From: the human T2T-CHM13v2.0 reference genome, Homo sapiens
DNA: 64,000 nucleotides
Assembly: GCF_009914755.1 (NCBI RefSeq)
Contig: NC_060944.1
Direction: 5' to 3' (one strand)
Below are positions 35,767 to 52,609 of the stretch, piece after piece. Positions within the stretch are counted from its first letter, which is position 1. The number at the start of each line of letters is the position of its first letter. Position numbers and translations under genes: made by a program. The notes under the pieces were generated by a model that saw only the letters and a list, made by a program, of their open reading frames with translations, searched no databases and was not told where the DNA came from.

Positions 35767-38128
35767 GTCTCCCTCCTCTCCCTCTCCCTCCTCTCCCTCC
35801 CTCCTCTCCCTCTCCCTCCTCTCCCTCTCCCTCTCCCCACGGTCTCCCTCTCCCTCTCTTTCCACGGTCTCCCCCTGATGCCGAGCCAAAGCTGGACTGT
35901 ACTGCTGCCATCTCGGCTCACTGCAACCTCCCTGCCTGATTCTCCTGCCTCAGCCTGCCGAGTGCCTGCGATTGCAGGCACGCGCCGCCACGCCTGACTG
36001 GTTTTCGTATTTTTTTGGTGGAGATGGGGTTTCGCTGTGTTGGCCGGGCCGGTCTCCAGCTCCTAACCGCGAGTGATCCGCCAGCCTCGGCCTCCCGAGG
36101 TGCCGGGATGGCAGACGGAGTCGCGTTTACTCAGTGCTCAATGGTGCCCAGGCTGGAGTGCAGTGGCGTGATCTCGGCTCGCTACAACCTCCACTTCCCA
36201 GCTGCCTGCCTTGGCCCCGCAAAGTGCCGAGATTGCAGACTCTGCCCGGCCGCCACCCCGTCTGGGAAGTGAGGAGCGTCTCTGCCTGGCCGCCCATCGT
36301 CTGGGATGTGAGGAGCCTCTCTGCCTGGCTGCCCAGTCTGGAAAGTGAGGAGTGTCTCTGCCCGGCCGCCATCCCATCTAGGAAGTGAGGAGCGTCTCTG
36401 CCAGGCCGCCCATCTTCTGCAATGTGGGGAGCGCCTCTGCCCTGCTGCCCCGTCTGGGATGTGAGGAGCGTCTCTGCCCGGCCGCCCCGTCTGAGAAGTG
36501 AGGAGACCCTCTGCCTGGCAACCGCCCCGTCTGAGAAGTGAGGAGCCCCTCCGCCCAGCAGCCACACCCTCTGAGAAGTGAGGAGCCCCTCCGCCCGGCA
36601 GCCACTCCGTCTGGGAAGTGAGGAGCGTCTTCGCCTGGCAGCCACCCCGTCTGGGAGGGAGGTGGGGGTCAGCCCCCCACCCGGCCAGCCGCCCCGTCCA
36701 GAAGGGAGGTGGGGGGGTTAGCCCCCCGCCCGGCCAGCCGCCCCATCCAGGAGGGAGGTGGGGGGGTCATCCCTCTGCCCAGCCAGCTGCCCGTCCGGGA
36801 GGGAGGTGGGGGGGGTCAGCCCCCCCGCCCGGCCAGCCGCCCCGTCCGGGAGGTGAGGGGCGCCTCTGCCCGGCCGCCCCTACTGGGAAGTGAGGAGCCC
36901 CTCTGCCCGGCCAGCCGCCCCGTCCAGGAAGGATGTGGGGGGGTCAGCCCCGGGCCCGGCCAGCCGCCACATCCGGGAGGTGAGGGGCGCCTCTGCCCGG
37001 CCGCCCCTACTGGGAAGAGAGGAGCCCCTCTGCCCGGCCAGCCGCCCCGTCCGGGAGGGAGGCGGGGAGGTCAGCCCCCCGCCCGGCCAGCCGCCCCGTC
37101 CAGGAGGGAGGCGGGGGGGTCAGCCCCCCGCCCGGCCAGCCGCCCCGTCCGGGAGGTGAGGGGCGCCTCTGCCTGGCCGCCCCTACTGGGACGTGAGGAG
37201 CCCCTCTGCCCGGCCAGCCGCCCCGTCCAGGAGGGAGGTGGGGGGGTCAGCCCCCCGCCCGGCCAGCCGCCCCATCCGGGAGGTGAGGGGCGCCTCTGCC
37301 CGGCCGCCCCTACTGGGAAGAGAGGAGCCCCTCTGCCTGGCCAGCCGCCCCATCCGGGAGGGAGGTGGGGGGGGTCAGCCCCCCACCCGGCCAGCCGCCC
37401 CATCCGGGAGGGAGGCGGGGAGGTCAGCCCCCCGCCTGGCCAGTCGCCCTGTCCCGGAGGGAGGCGGGGGGGTCAGCCCCCCGCCCGGCCAGCCGCCCCG
37501 TCCGGGAGGTGAGGGGCGCCTCTGCCCGGCCGCCCCTGCCCGGCCGCCCCTACTGGGAAGTGAGGAGCCCCTCTGCCCGGCCACCACCCCGTCTGGGAGG
37601 TGTACTCAACAGCTCATTGAGAACCGGCCATGATGACAATGGCGGTTTTGTGGAATAGAAAGGGGGGAAAGGTGGGGAAAAGATTGAGAAATCGGATGGT
37701 TGCCATGTCTGTGTAGAAAGAGGTAGACATGGGAGACTTTTCATTTTGTTCTGTACTAAGAAAAATTCTTCTGCCTTGGGATCCTGTTGATCTGTGACCT
37801 TACCCCCAACCCTGTGCTCTCTGAAACATGTGCTATGTCCACTCAGGGTTGAATGGATTAAGGGTGGTGCAAGATGTGCTTTGTTAAACAGATGCTTGAA
37901 GGCAGCATGCTCGTTAAGAGTCATCACCACTCCCTAATCTCAAGTACCCAGGGACACAAACACTGCGGAAGGCTGCAGGGTCCTCTGCCTAGGAAAACCA
38001 GAGACCTTTGTTCACTTATCTGCTGACCTTCCCTCCACTATTGTCCTGTGACCCTGCCAAATCCCCCTCTGCGAGAAACACCCAAGAATGATCAATAAAA
38101 AAGAAAAAAAATGGAAAAAAAAAAAAAA
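35767..38128 (+). mobile_element. Full-length SVA (SVA_D-like) in the last RBL1 intron, antisense to the gene
   Basis: (CCCTCT)n, Alu-like region, long VNTR, SINE-R, AATAAA and poly(A); 17-bp TSD agaaaaataagcttccc (35750-35766, 38129-38145). Confidence 0.97.
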
Positions 38129-38642
38129 AGAAAAATAAGCTTCCCATTATGCAAGAGTCCTATGGCCTTTGTGCTTTCCTACCCTGTGAACTAAGAGTCT
38201 AAATCTGTGAAAAGATGTCCATGAGGTAGAGTTGAATTAAAATAGCAGGTTGCAGAACAATAAAAAAAAAAAAAAAAAAAAAAAACAAACCAAACCAATC
38301 CAAACCAAAACAACTGAATTTACTGTATAACAGTAGCTCTCGATGTGTAGTACCCAGACCAGAAGCAGCAGAAGCATCTAGAATTTTTTATTTTTTGAGA
38401 CAGTCTCTCTCTGTTGCCCAGGCTGGAGTGCAGGGCATGATCTTGGCTCACTGCAAGCTCTGCCTCCTGGGCTCAAGCTATTCTCCTGCCTCAGCCTCCC
38501 TAGCTGGGACTACAGGCACATGCCACCATGCCTGGCTATTTTTTTGTCTTTTTAGTAGAGACAGGGTTTTGCCATGTTGGCCAGGCTGGTCTTGAACTCC
38601 TGGCCTCAAGTGTTCCCCCACCTTGGGCTCCCAAAATGCTAG

Positions 38643-38919
<277 letters not shown>

Positions 38920-39050
38920 TGATCTGCCTGCCTCGGCCTCCCAAAGTGCTGGGATTACAGGCATGAGCCACCGTGCCCGGCCCTAATCTGTTTTAACAAG
39001 CCCTCCCAATGATTTTAAAGCTCCCTACAGTTTGAGATCTTCTTCCTTAG

Positions 39051-39194
<144 letters not shown>

Positions 39195-39936
39195 TAGCTG
39201 AGATTATAGGTGCGCACCACCATGCCTGGCTAATTTTTTGTATTTTTAGTAAAGACGGGGTTTCACCATGTTGCCCAGGCTGGTCTTGAACTCCTGAGCT
39301 CAGGCAATCTGCCCGCCTTGGCCTCCCAAAGTGCTAGGATTACAGGCTTGAGTCACTGTGTCCAGTCAGGTATATTATCTTAGCCAACTTTGTCAAGTAT
39401 AGTAGGAACTCTGTAGTTATCTGTATAACTGAATAGGAAAGTAATAAGAAGGAGCCACTGTATTTGGACAGAGTTACAATCTGCCCCACTACAATTTCTT
39501 CCAGTTTATACTGATTCTGACTTCTGGAGACATACTGAACATATCTGCTTGATAGTCCATGAAGTCTCTGAAAACAGCAATCATGTCCATACCACATCTT
39601 CACCACTGAACAAGGATAAGGATGGAGATGATCACAGAGTTGTCTATGTACGTAAGAGGAGGCTTGTGTTTTCAGACATCTTCCTATCCTGGGTGCCATC
39701 TACCAAATGCACTTTCACTTCCAATGCCTTTCTTTCAACTTGACATCCCCCAGGTCTGACCACTTGCAGGTGTTGCCTTACTGGTCCCTTCTCAAGATCT
39801 TGCTTGAACAGGAAAACATGCTGGACTTTCAAAGTGAACTCCACAAATACCATGTCAATAATAATGGATTAAACTACCTCAAACTGAATATACTGCTCTT
39901 GATGAGAGGAGACATGCCATAGTTAACATTTCATAT

Positions 39937-39942
39937 TTTATT
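39937..39942 (-). terminator. Intronic poly(A) signal for a truncated RBL1 isoform
   Basis: AATAAA ~100 nt past the exon-21 donor; read-through gives GTA AGG TGA (VR*). Confidence 0.6.
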
Positions 39943-40045
39943 AGTATAGTAGTAACTTGGCCAAAAAAGAAAAAAAAAAAAAGAGGCAGGATTAACAGTT
40001 ACTGACTGTTAATCTGAAATCCAACTTTTAGCCTATTCACCTTAC

Positions 40046-40210
40046 CTTAGAAGGGCTGCCATTGAACTTGTACAGCAGAGCGCTTCTTGGTGTAAGGCCT
40101 GACCCATTCTTGTGCGGGGAAATATAAATGGAGTGCTGCTGGGAAATGCGGCGTGGTGAGCCTGGCTGTTGTTTAATATGTGGAAAAGGAGAGAGTGGTG
40201 GAGCATCCAT
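40046..40210 (-). CDS. RBL1: RBL1 coding exon (probably exon 21; C-terminal region with S/T-P CDK sites)
   Basis: 165 nt, AG/GTAAG boundaries, phase 0-0: MDAPPLSPFPHIKQQPGSPRRISQQHSIYISPHKNGSGLTPRSALLYKFNGSPSK. Confidence 0.96.
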
Positions 40211-40429
40211 CTAAAATAACCCAAAAGTCAGATTTTTTAGATAAAAGTTTTTCTTTGTTTTTGAATCCCATATTTTTATTCTTATGGTATCTTCTAGTTA
40301 GAAAACAGTTATACTGTAAAAAGCTCATTTATGGTTGAGAAAAAAAATGATCCTTTACTTCTTCTTTTTTTTTTTTAACAACAATAGATAAACTAGAATT
40401 TATTTTCCTGAATCTTTTTTTTTTTTTGA

Positions 40430-40876
<447 letters not shown>

Positions 40877-42563
40877 TGAAACTCCGTCTCCACTAAAAAT
40901 GCAAAAATTAGCTGGGCGTGGTGGCATATGCCTGTAATCCGAGCTATTTGGGAGGCTGAGGCACTAGAATTGCTTGAACCCAGGAGGCAGAGGTGTTGCA
41001 GTGAGCCCAGATTGTGCCACTGCACTCCATCCTGGGTGACAGACCAAGACTCTGCCTCAAAAAAAAAAAAAAAAAAAAAGAATTCTGGGGCCGGGTGCAG
41101 TGGCTCACTCCTATAATCCCAGCACTTTGGGAGGCCAAGGTGCTCGGATCACTTGAGGCCAGGAATTGGAGACCAGCCTGGCCAACATGGTGAAACCCCA
41201 CTTCAGCCTCCTGAGTAGCTCCTAAAAATATAAAAATTAGCCAGGTGTGGTGGCGTGCGCCTATAGTCCCTGCCACTCGGGAGGCTGAGCATGACAGTTG
41301 TTTGAACCCGGGGACAGAGGCTGCAGTGAGCTGCGATTATGTCACTGCACTCCTCCTGGGGTGACAGAGTGAGACTCTGTCTCAAAAGAAAAAAAAAATT
41401 CTGGACAAGACACCAGGAGTTAAGCCACGAGCATGAGAACCTCATATTCATGCTTAAAAAGTAAGGACAGGCTGGGCGCGGTGGCTCATGCCTGTAATCC
41501 CAACACTTTGGGAGGCTGAGGCGGGTGGATCATGAGGTCAGGAGTTCAAGACCAGCCTGGCCAAGATGGTGAAACTCTGTCTCTACTAAAAATACGAAAA
41601 TCAGCTGGGCGTGGTGACAGGCGCCTGTAATGCCAGCTACTCAGGAGGCTGAGTTACAGAATTGCCTGAACCCAGGAGGCAGAGGTTGCAGTGAGCTGAG
41701 ATTGTGCCACTTGCACTCCAGCCTGGGCAACAGAGCGAGACTCCTTCTCAAAAAAAAAAAAAAAAAGTAGGGACAAAGAGTAACCAATCTTCTAACACTT
41801 GCTGTAACAAGCTCTCTCTACACACATACCTGCTCACAACCAAAGCAGTAGCAGAGAGAATAAAAGAGGCAGAGAATTCTATTAGCCAGCAGGATGATTC
41901 CAACGTGGAAAAAATCTGTTAATGAAATGGGAAAGACTTCATATGGAAATGGAAAAGATTTATAAATAAGTTGGATGAGCAAGGATTTCATTTTTAATAT
42001 CCTGTATAATGGAAATAAATTAAGATGGTAGAGATATTCCGAGTATAGCACATGACAGAGGGGAAGTGAAACTGAAGCAGGATGAACAGTTATGACCTCT
42101 GAGGATAGTCATAGACCATATTCCATGAAAAGAGGAAGAACAGAAATCTACAGAGGCACATAGATACATAGAAACAGCTATTGGCTGTCCGGCTGCAGCT
42201 TCTGCTAGGGCCTTCTTTTCTTTTTTTTTTTTCTTTCTTTTTTTTTTTTTTTTTTTTGAGGCAGGGTCTTGCTCTGTTGCCCAGACTGGAGTGTGGTGGT
42301 GCGATTGTGGCTCATTGCAGCCTTGACCTCCTGGGCCCAAGCGATCCACCTACCTTAGCTTGCTGAGTAGTTGGGACTAAAGGTGTGTACCAGCCACTAC
42401 ACGGCTAGTTTTTAGTTTTTTTTTTTAAGAGACAGGGTCTTCCTGTGTTTCTAGGCTGGTCTCAAATTTCTGGGCTCAAGCAATCCTCCAGGCTTAGCTT
42501 CCCAAAGTGCTGGGATTACAGGCATGAGCCACAGCACCTGACCTCCTTTTGTTTTTTTTTTGA

Positions 42564-42773
<210 letters not shown>

Positions 42774-43754
42774 TGATCCGCCCGCCTAGGCCTCCCAAAG
42801 TGCTGAGATTACAGGCATGAGCCACCACACCTGGCCCCTTTTGTCTTTGACTTGAGAAAAACATTAATCTCACAATATAACAACAGAAAAATTTACCAAA
42901 TTTGCTGGGTGCAGTGGCTCATGCCTGTAATCCCAGCACTCTGGGAGGCCGAGGTGGGCGGATCACAAGGTCAGGAGTTCAAGACCAGCCTGGCCAACAT
43001 GGTGAAACCCTGTCTCTACTAAAGATACAAAAAATTAGCCAGGTGTGGTGACACACTCCTGTAATCCTAGCTACTAGGGAGGCTGAGGCAGGAGAATCAC
43101 TTGAGCCCGGGAGGCAGAGGTTGCAGTTGAGCTGAGATCGCACCACTGCACGCCAGCCTGGGTGACAGGGTGAGACTGTCTCAAAAAAAAAAAAAAAAAG
43201 AAAACAAAAAAAACAAATTAGTTGTTTTAATATTCATGTTCCCATCAAGTTCTTACCCATATGTATACGGAATTTCTAGCAACATAATCATGGTATAGAT
43301 AAAATTCATGCCAGGCGTGGTGGTTCACACCTGTGATCCCATCACTTTAGGAGGCTGAGGTGGGTAGATTGCTTGAGTCCAGGAGTTCAAGACCAGCCTG
43401 GCCAACATGGTGAAACCCCGTATCTACTAAAAATACAAAAAAATTAGCTAGGCGTGGGGGCATGTGGCTGTCGTACCAGCTATTTGGGAGGCTGGGGTGG
43501 GAGGATCGCTTGAGGCCTGGAAGCAAGGGTTGCAGTGAGCCCAGATCTCGCCACTGCACTCTAGCCTGGGCAACAGATCCCATGATTTCCTCTGGTCTCT
43601 GTTGTACCATAGCCTTAATCACTGATTAAGTTACTGGACATGCTCTGATTAATTGCTAGTAATTTTACTTGGACATATTTATCTAGCAAAATAAACTTAT
43701 AGTAATCCAACTATGACAGCAAATAATAATAAAGTAGTAAAACATAGAACATAC

Positions 43755-43903
43755 CATATGGTCCTGATTCGCCAAGTCGTATTTCAGTGCAAATGACTTC
43801 ACTCTTCCTACATATATTGTATTGTAAAATTTTATAAGATCACCTCTTTCCTCTTTCACTGGTCCACTGGAACAGTCAGGTGTTTTTGTAGCATCTTCTA
43901 AGT
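43755..43903 (-). CDS. RBL1: RBL1 coding exon (probably exon 20)
   Basis: 149 nt, ttttaacAG / GTATG boundaries, phase 1-0: (D)LEDATKTPDCSSGPVKEERGDLIKFYNTIYVGRVKSFALKYDLANQDHM. Confidence 0.96.
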
Positions 43904-44067
43904 CTGTTAAAAAGAATGCAATGTTGTGATACAAAGCATACTTTTTATTTTTTTGAGACAGGGTCTCACTTTGTCACCCAGGGTGGAGTGCAGTGGTGCA
44001 ATCTTGGCTCACTGCAGCCCTGACCTCCTGGATTCAAGTGATCCTCCCATCTCAGCCTCCTGAGTAG

Positions 44068-44247
<180 letters not shown>

Positions 44248-45276
44248 TAATATACAAGTTGGTGATTTAAATGACCTTTCTACAATATTAAAAAAAACCC
44301 ACAAATCTTTATGTAGAGAAATTAATATTTTCAGAGAAGGTTCAGCAATCCATCTGTATTACTTATAAGTCAAATTGGAATCTAGAGAAATGCAAACATA
44401 TGAACTGAAGGTGGTGCTCTTTTCTCTAGATTCCACTTCAGAATGTTTTCACAACCATAGCTGTTGAGCTCACTGTCACTAGTGGCTCTTAGAGGGGTAA
44501 CAGCCCTGGGCTGGTGTTTAGCTAAGTTCTACAGTATGGGAGGCAGTGGCAAACCTCAGCTTCAGACAACTAAAAGGCCTGCAGATATTCTTCTTGTGTC
44601 TTTGAGAAAGGTGGAAAGATTCTAAAAGGTAAAGCATATCCTGAGAGGTTAAGGAAGAAGCAAAATGAATTACATTTATTTCTCTGCAAATACATGGCAG
44701 GTGACAGGTGTTCTAAGAGCCTTATTGTACCACATACAACAGGAACCCTGATCAGGAACCAGTGTTCAGGTTTTACTGAGCACCCTCAATTGTAAAATAA
44801 CAGCTTACCCCAACATAGTTTCCTACTTAATGGTGCAACTCTGGGATAGCTTGTGAAACCAGGCAGAACTTTGTCCTACTATTTTTTGGGGAAGGAAGAG
44901 TATTACAGGGTATTACAAACTATCATTTACTTGTATACACAAGAACCATGTGCTAAGAAAACCACTACCAATTAAAAAGAATTTAGCACATATATGAAAA
45001 AAGCTCTCATTCTCAATACACTGGCCTACAAACATTGAGAACATGGGTAGAAGCAATGCCTTCACCTTAGGAAAACCAGAAAACACAAACATGGTTCAAA
45101 AACCAAACAGCCCCAGGGGATGTCAGTCTTAATTTGGATGTCTTTTTCACTTCTGCTATTTCTAAAGGATCTTGACGAGGGTGGGAGGGGAGGGGAGCTA
45201 TGTGGTTAAATAAAGTTGAGGAAATGCTGTATATTATATTGGAAATTCAGAAATTCATGTTAGTATAAGGCTCTGA

Positions 45277-45594
<318 letters not shown>

Positions 45595-45602
45595 TGACCT
45601 CA

Positions 45603-45707
<105 letters not shown>

Positions 45708-46226
45708 TCAAAGGATACTGGCTTGTTAACAGCTCTTCTAGGTTATTCTCATTATATGGATCAATTAAAATTATTTTTTTGTTTTGTTTTTATGAAAGGT
45801 TCTTGATCCTCTTGCCTCAGTCTCCCGAGTAGCTGGGACTACAGGTGCACGCTGCCACACCGAGCTAATTTTTTTTTACTTTTTGTAGAGACAGGGTCTC
45901 CCTATGTTTTCTAGGCTGGTCTCTAACTCCTGGGCTCAAGTGATCCTCCCACCTTGGCCTCTCAAAGTGCTGGGATTACAGACATGAGCGAACACGCCTG
46001 GTCTAAAATTATTTAATGTCCTCCTTAGATTAGAAATTTCTTGAGACAGAGACTATAGTGTCTCTATATTTCTGTGTCATTCCAATTCCAGCTGTTAATA
46101 CTAACATAAGGTAAGGAGCTATACTTTACTTGAATGAACCAAACATTTAAAATTGTGGGAGGCTGGGTGTGGTGAAACCCTGTCTCTATAAAAATTTTTT
46201 TAAAAATTAAAGAAATTTAAAAACTA

Positions 46227-46361
<135 letters not shown>

Positions 46362-46406
46362 TCATCTCTAAAATTAAAAAAAAACTGAAGAAAAAAAAGA
46401 CATTTA

Positions 46407-46595
<189 letters not shown>

Positions 46596-46757
46596 TTACT
46601 GATGAAAATAGTGAATGTTTATTAAGTGTGACTAATGCTAAAAAAGCCATACTCATTAATACAATAAATTTGATATTGCTTATAAATAATAGCTATTACT
46701 AAGGCCTTACTATGAACAAGCCCTGTATTAAATATTATATATATGCATATATGTATA

Positions 46758-47101
46758 CATAGTTGTGTATTGCATAATGATGGGTTATCTTCTCAGAAAT
46801 GCATTGTTGAAATGATTTTGTCATGAGAATACTATAGAATATACTTACACAAACCTAGATTGTATGGCCAACTACACACCTAGGCTGGATGGTATAGTAT
46901 ATTGCTCCTAAGGTACAAACCTGTACAGCATGTTACTGTATTGAATACCACAGGCAATTGTATCACAATGGCAAGTATTTGTGCATCTAAATATATCTAA
47001 ACATAGAAAAGGTACAGTAAAAATACAGCACTATAATCTTATAGGACCACTGTTGTATGTGTGGACCATCACGGACTCAAACATCATTATATGGCACATG
47101 A

Positions 47102-47104
<3 letters not shown>
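46758..47104. mobile_element. Tigger3a/MER7-like DNA transposon MITE
   Basis: tacttacacaaacctaga..tactacacacctaggct..caaacctgtacagcatgttactgta..catgacta motifs; TA-rich flanks. Confidence 0.8.

Positions 47105-47132
<28 letters not shown>
47105..47132. repeat. (TG)n microsatellite
   Basis: ~14 TG units. Confidence 0.95.
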
Positions 47133-47135
<3 letters not shown>

Positions 47136-47799
47136 ACACATACATACATATACATATAATTATCTTTTTTATTTTTAGAGACAAGATCTTGCTCTATCAC
47201 CCAGGCTGAAGTGCAGTGGTGCAATCATAGTGCACTCCAATCTCAAATTCCTGGATTCAAGTGATCTTCCTGCCTCAGCCTCCCAAGTAGTTGGGACTAC
47301 AGGTGTGAGCCACCATGCCCAGCTAATTTTTTATTTTCATTTTTTGCAGACAGGGGTCTTGCTGTGTTGCTCATGCTGGTCTTTAATTTCCGGGCTCAAG
47401 GGATCCTCCTGCCTCAGCCTTCCAAAGTGCTGGGATTACAGGCATGAGCCACAACACTCAGCCTAAATATAATTCTTTTTAATCCTTAAAACAAGTTTCT
47501 AAGGAAGCAATGTAAAGTTTTCAATTAACTACAATACACTTGAGTACAGTGTTATGTTTGTGTTACTTAGGTTAAGCTATAACCTGGGTCTCACAAGTAT
47601 TCTAATCAAGACTGCCACTCTGGAGCAGTCTGCTAACATGACATTGAAGAATTCACAGCCCATGAGGAGTGAGCTGGTGTTTTAATCAGGAAATTCATTC
47701 TCCACTCCAACAGTTTCTGCTAGGCATATCTCAGTCAATGACCAATGCTTTGCTCATTAACATACTCAAGGTCAGAATTTTTTTTTTTTTTTTTTTTGA

Positions 47800-48016
<217 letters not shown>

Positions 48017-48200
48017 TGATCTGCCCGCCTCGGTCTCCCAAAGTGCTGGGATTACAGGTGTGAGCCACCATGTACAGCCAGAAATGGGTTTTTACTGATG
48101 AAAATAATGAATGTTTATTAAGTGTGACTAATGCTAAAAATGAGCTCATGTTCAGGAAATCAAAAGTATTTAAGATAAGCAGATTGGTTAAAATATTTGA

Positions 48201-49950
48201 CTCCCTCTCCCACTCCCTCTCCCCACGGTCTCCCTCTCCCTCTCTTTCCACGGTCTCCCTCTGATGCCGAGCCGAAGCTGGACTGTACTGCTGCCATCTC
48301 GGCTCACTGCAACCTCCCTGCCTCAGCCTGCCCAGTGCCTGCGATTGCAGGCGCGCGCTGTCACGCCTGACTGGTTTTCGTATTTTTTTGGTGGAGACGG
48401 GGTTTCGCTGTGTTGGCTGGGCCGGTCTCCAGCTCCTAACCGCGAGTGATCCGCCAGCCTCGGCCTGCCGAGGTGCCGGGATTGCAGACGGAGTCTGGTT
48501 CACTCAGTGCTCAATGGTGCCCAGGCTGGAGTGCAGTGGCGTGATCTCGGCTCGCTACAACCTCCACCTCCCAGCCGCCTGGCCTTGGCCTCCCAAAGTG
48601 CCGAGATTGCAGCCTCTGCCCGGCCGCCACCCCGTCTGGGAAGTGAGGAGCGTCTCTGCCTGGCCGCCCATCGTCTGGGATGTGAGGAGCCCCTCTGCCT
48701 GGCTGCCCAGTCTGGAAAATGAGGAGCATCTCTGCCCGGCCGCCATCCCATCTAGGAAGTGAGGAGCGCCTCTTCCCGGCCGCCATCCCATCTACGAAGT
48801 GAGGAGCGTCTCTGCCCGGCCGCCCATCGTCTGAGATGTGGGGAGCGCCTCTGCCCCGCCGCCCCGTCTGGGATGTGAGGAGCGCCTCTACCCGGCCGCG
48901 ACCCCGTCTGGGAGGTGAGGAGCGTCTCTGCCCAGCCGCCCCGTCTGAGAAGTGAGGAGCCCCTCCGCCCAGCAGCCACCCCGTCTGGGAAGTGAGGAGC
49001 GTCTCCGCCCGGCAGCCACCCCGTCCGGGAGGGAGGTGGGGGTCAACCCCCGCCAGGCCAGCCGCCCCGTCCGGGAGGGAGGTGGGGGGGTCAGCCCCCC
49101 GCCTGGCCAGCCACCCAGTCCGGGAGGGAGGTGGGGGGGTCAGCCCCCTGCCCGGCCAGCCACCCCGTCAGGGAGGTGAGGGGCGCCTCTGCCTGGCCGC
49201 CCCTACTGGGAAGTGAGGAGCCCCTCTGCCCGGCCAGCCGCCCCGTCCGGGAGGGAGGTGGGGGGTTCAGCCCCCCCGCCAGCCAGCCGCCCCGTCCGGG
49301 AGGGAGGTGGGGGGGTCAGCCCCCCGCCCGGCCAGTCACCCCGTTGGGGAGGTGAGGGGCGCCTCTGCCCTGCTGCCCCTACCGGGAAGTGAGGAGCCCC
49401 TCTGCCCGGCCACCACCCCGTCTGGGAGGTGTACCCAACAGCTCATTGAGAACAGGCCATGATGAGAATGGCGGTTTTGTGGAATAGAAAGGGGGGAAAG
49501 GTGGGGAAAAGATTTGAGAAATCGGATGGTTGCCGTGTCTGTGTAGAAAGAGGTAGACATGGGAGACTTCTCATTTTGTTCTGTACTAAGAAAAATTATT
49601 CTGCCTTGGGATCCTGTTGATCTGTGACCTTACCCCCAACCCTGTGCTCTCTGAAACATGTGCTGTGTCCACTCAGGGTTAAATGGATTAAGGGCGGTGC
49701 AAGATGTGCTTTGTTAAACAGATGCTTGAAGGCAGCATGCTCGTTAAAAGTCATCACCACTCCCTAATCTCAAGTACCCCGGGACACAAACACTGCGGAA
49801 GGCCGCAGGGTCCTCTGCCTAGGAAAACCAGAGACCTTTGTTCACTTGTTTATCTGCTGACCTTCCCTCCACTATTGTCCTATGACCCTGCCAAATCTCC
49901 CTCTGCGAGAAACACCCAAGAATGATCAATAAAAAAAAAAAAAAAAAAAA
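48201..49950 (+). mobile_element. SVA in RBL1 intron (between the 54631 and 43903 exons), antisense to the gene
   Basis: Short hexamer tract, Alu-like region, VNTR, SINE-R, poly(A); imperfect TSD aaa(t)atttga. Confidence 0.96.
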
Positions 49951-51130
49951 TTTGAGACACTACCCTCAATAGCCATGAAAGGGATGAAAGATCCAGTGAA
50001 GTCTCTCAGCTTTACTCTTAGGGATAATAATGTTAAGGCTAAAAGCTCTGAGAAGTCCTGTGTCCAGCCCTGAATTCTGATCCACGGTATTTGCTTGATG
50101 GTAGCCTTAAGGTTGACTGAATCCTGCATCTGAAATCTTGGCACCTGTTCTTGAGCAAATCTTTTCTATGGGTGCTGGTCAGACATAGAACTGGGATATA
50201 TGAACTTACTGCATAGGATATATAAATTGTGTGTGTGCTTTTTAAACAGTAATTATTTTACAACTCATAATGAATTTGTTTATAGAACCAGAACTGTTTT
50301 TCCCAAGTTGGTGTTCTTTGGTGTGTCCAAATCTGGGTCATAGCATCTAACCATAGCTCTAAGAACTGGAAGGTGACTTATCTGAATATAGACTTGTCTG
50401 ACTGTATATCCTCCTACATAACTTTCTCTCTTTTTTTTTTTTTTTTTTGAGACAGGGTCTTGCTCTGTCTGGAGTACAGCGGCAAGATCATGGCTCACTG
50501 CAGCCTTGACATCCTGGGCTCAAGCCAACCTCCCAATTCAGCCTCCTGAGTAGCTTGGACTACAGAAGCCCACCACCATGTGTGGCTATTTTAAAAAATT
50601 TTTTGTAGCAATAGGCTGTCACTATGTTACCCACAATGGTCTTGAACTCCTGGGTTCAAGCCACCCTCCTGGCTTGGCCTCCCAAAGTGCTGGGATTGTA
50701 GATGTAAGCCACTGTGTTCTCTCTTTTTGAGTGCCAGAATTCCTGAGTTCATTATCACTGGATATTCTCCCTGCCCTGTGCCACCACCACTGTACAGGAT
50801 CTGTAACAATGGTTGTTTGCTTACTTGCTAATAAATATATCTAGTTAATAACCGTATGTAAGGCAGTGTGCGGTGACTCACGCCTGTAATCCCAGCACTT
50901 TGGGAGGCCAAGGCAGATGGATCACTTGAACCCAGGAGTTCAAGACTGGCCTTGGCAACATGGTGAAACCCCATCTCTACAAAAAATATAAAAATTAGCC
51001 AGGACGTGGCTGAGTCGAGAATCACTCGGGCCTGGGAGGTCAAGGCTGCAGTGAGCTGTGACTGTGCCACTGTACTCCAGCCTGGGTGACAGAGCAAGAC
51101 ATGGTCTCAAAACAAACAAACAAAAGGTCA

Positions 51131-51525
<395 letters not shown>

Positions 51526-51733
51526 TTATCAAAAAGAAAACAAAACAGAAAACGACATCGTCTATTATCTTTTGCTTACTTCTACTCTCTGGAACTTCAC
51601 TGCTCTTGTAGCTCAGATACTTGCTAGCAGTTAGTTTCTCATAGAAAAAACACAAAACAGGCAAGTGATCCACAGCTTTCTAGCTAACCTCTGATGTCTG
51701 GTTTTGTAGGAACAGAAAAACCACCCTGGATAG

Positions 51734-51980
<247 letters not shown>

Positions 51981-52306
51981 TAGCCAGGATGGTCTGGATC
52001 TCCTGACCTCATGATCCACCTGCCTCGGCCTCCCAAAGTGCTGGGATTACAGGCGTGAGCCACCGCACCCGGGCTTGTTTGTTTTTTTGAGATAGAGTCT
52101 AGCTCTGTCGCCCAGACTGGAGTGCAGTGGCAGGATCTTGGCTCACTGCAACCTCTGCCGCCCAAGTTCAAGTGATTCTCCTGCCTCAGCCTCCTGAGTA
52201 GCTGGGATTACAGGTGTCTGCCACTGCACCTGGTAATTTTTGTAGTTTTAGTAGAGACGGGTTTCACCATCTTGGCCAGGCTGGTCTTGAACTCCTGATT
52301 TTGTGA

Positions 52307-52609
<303 letters not shown>

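Noticed and set aside
36709-37633. Long Pro/Gly/Arg-rich ORFs (up to 267 aa), also at 12571-13900 and 48388-49560
   Set aside because: Translations of SVA VNTR/Alu-like regions
39340-39922. Cluster of overlapping non-Alu ORFs in the last intron, possible processed pseudogene
   Set aside because: No recognisable protein, poly(A) tail or TSD; more likely old repeat or unique intron (a BLAST/Dfam search would settle it)
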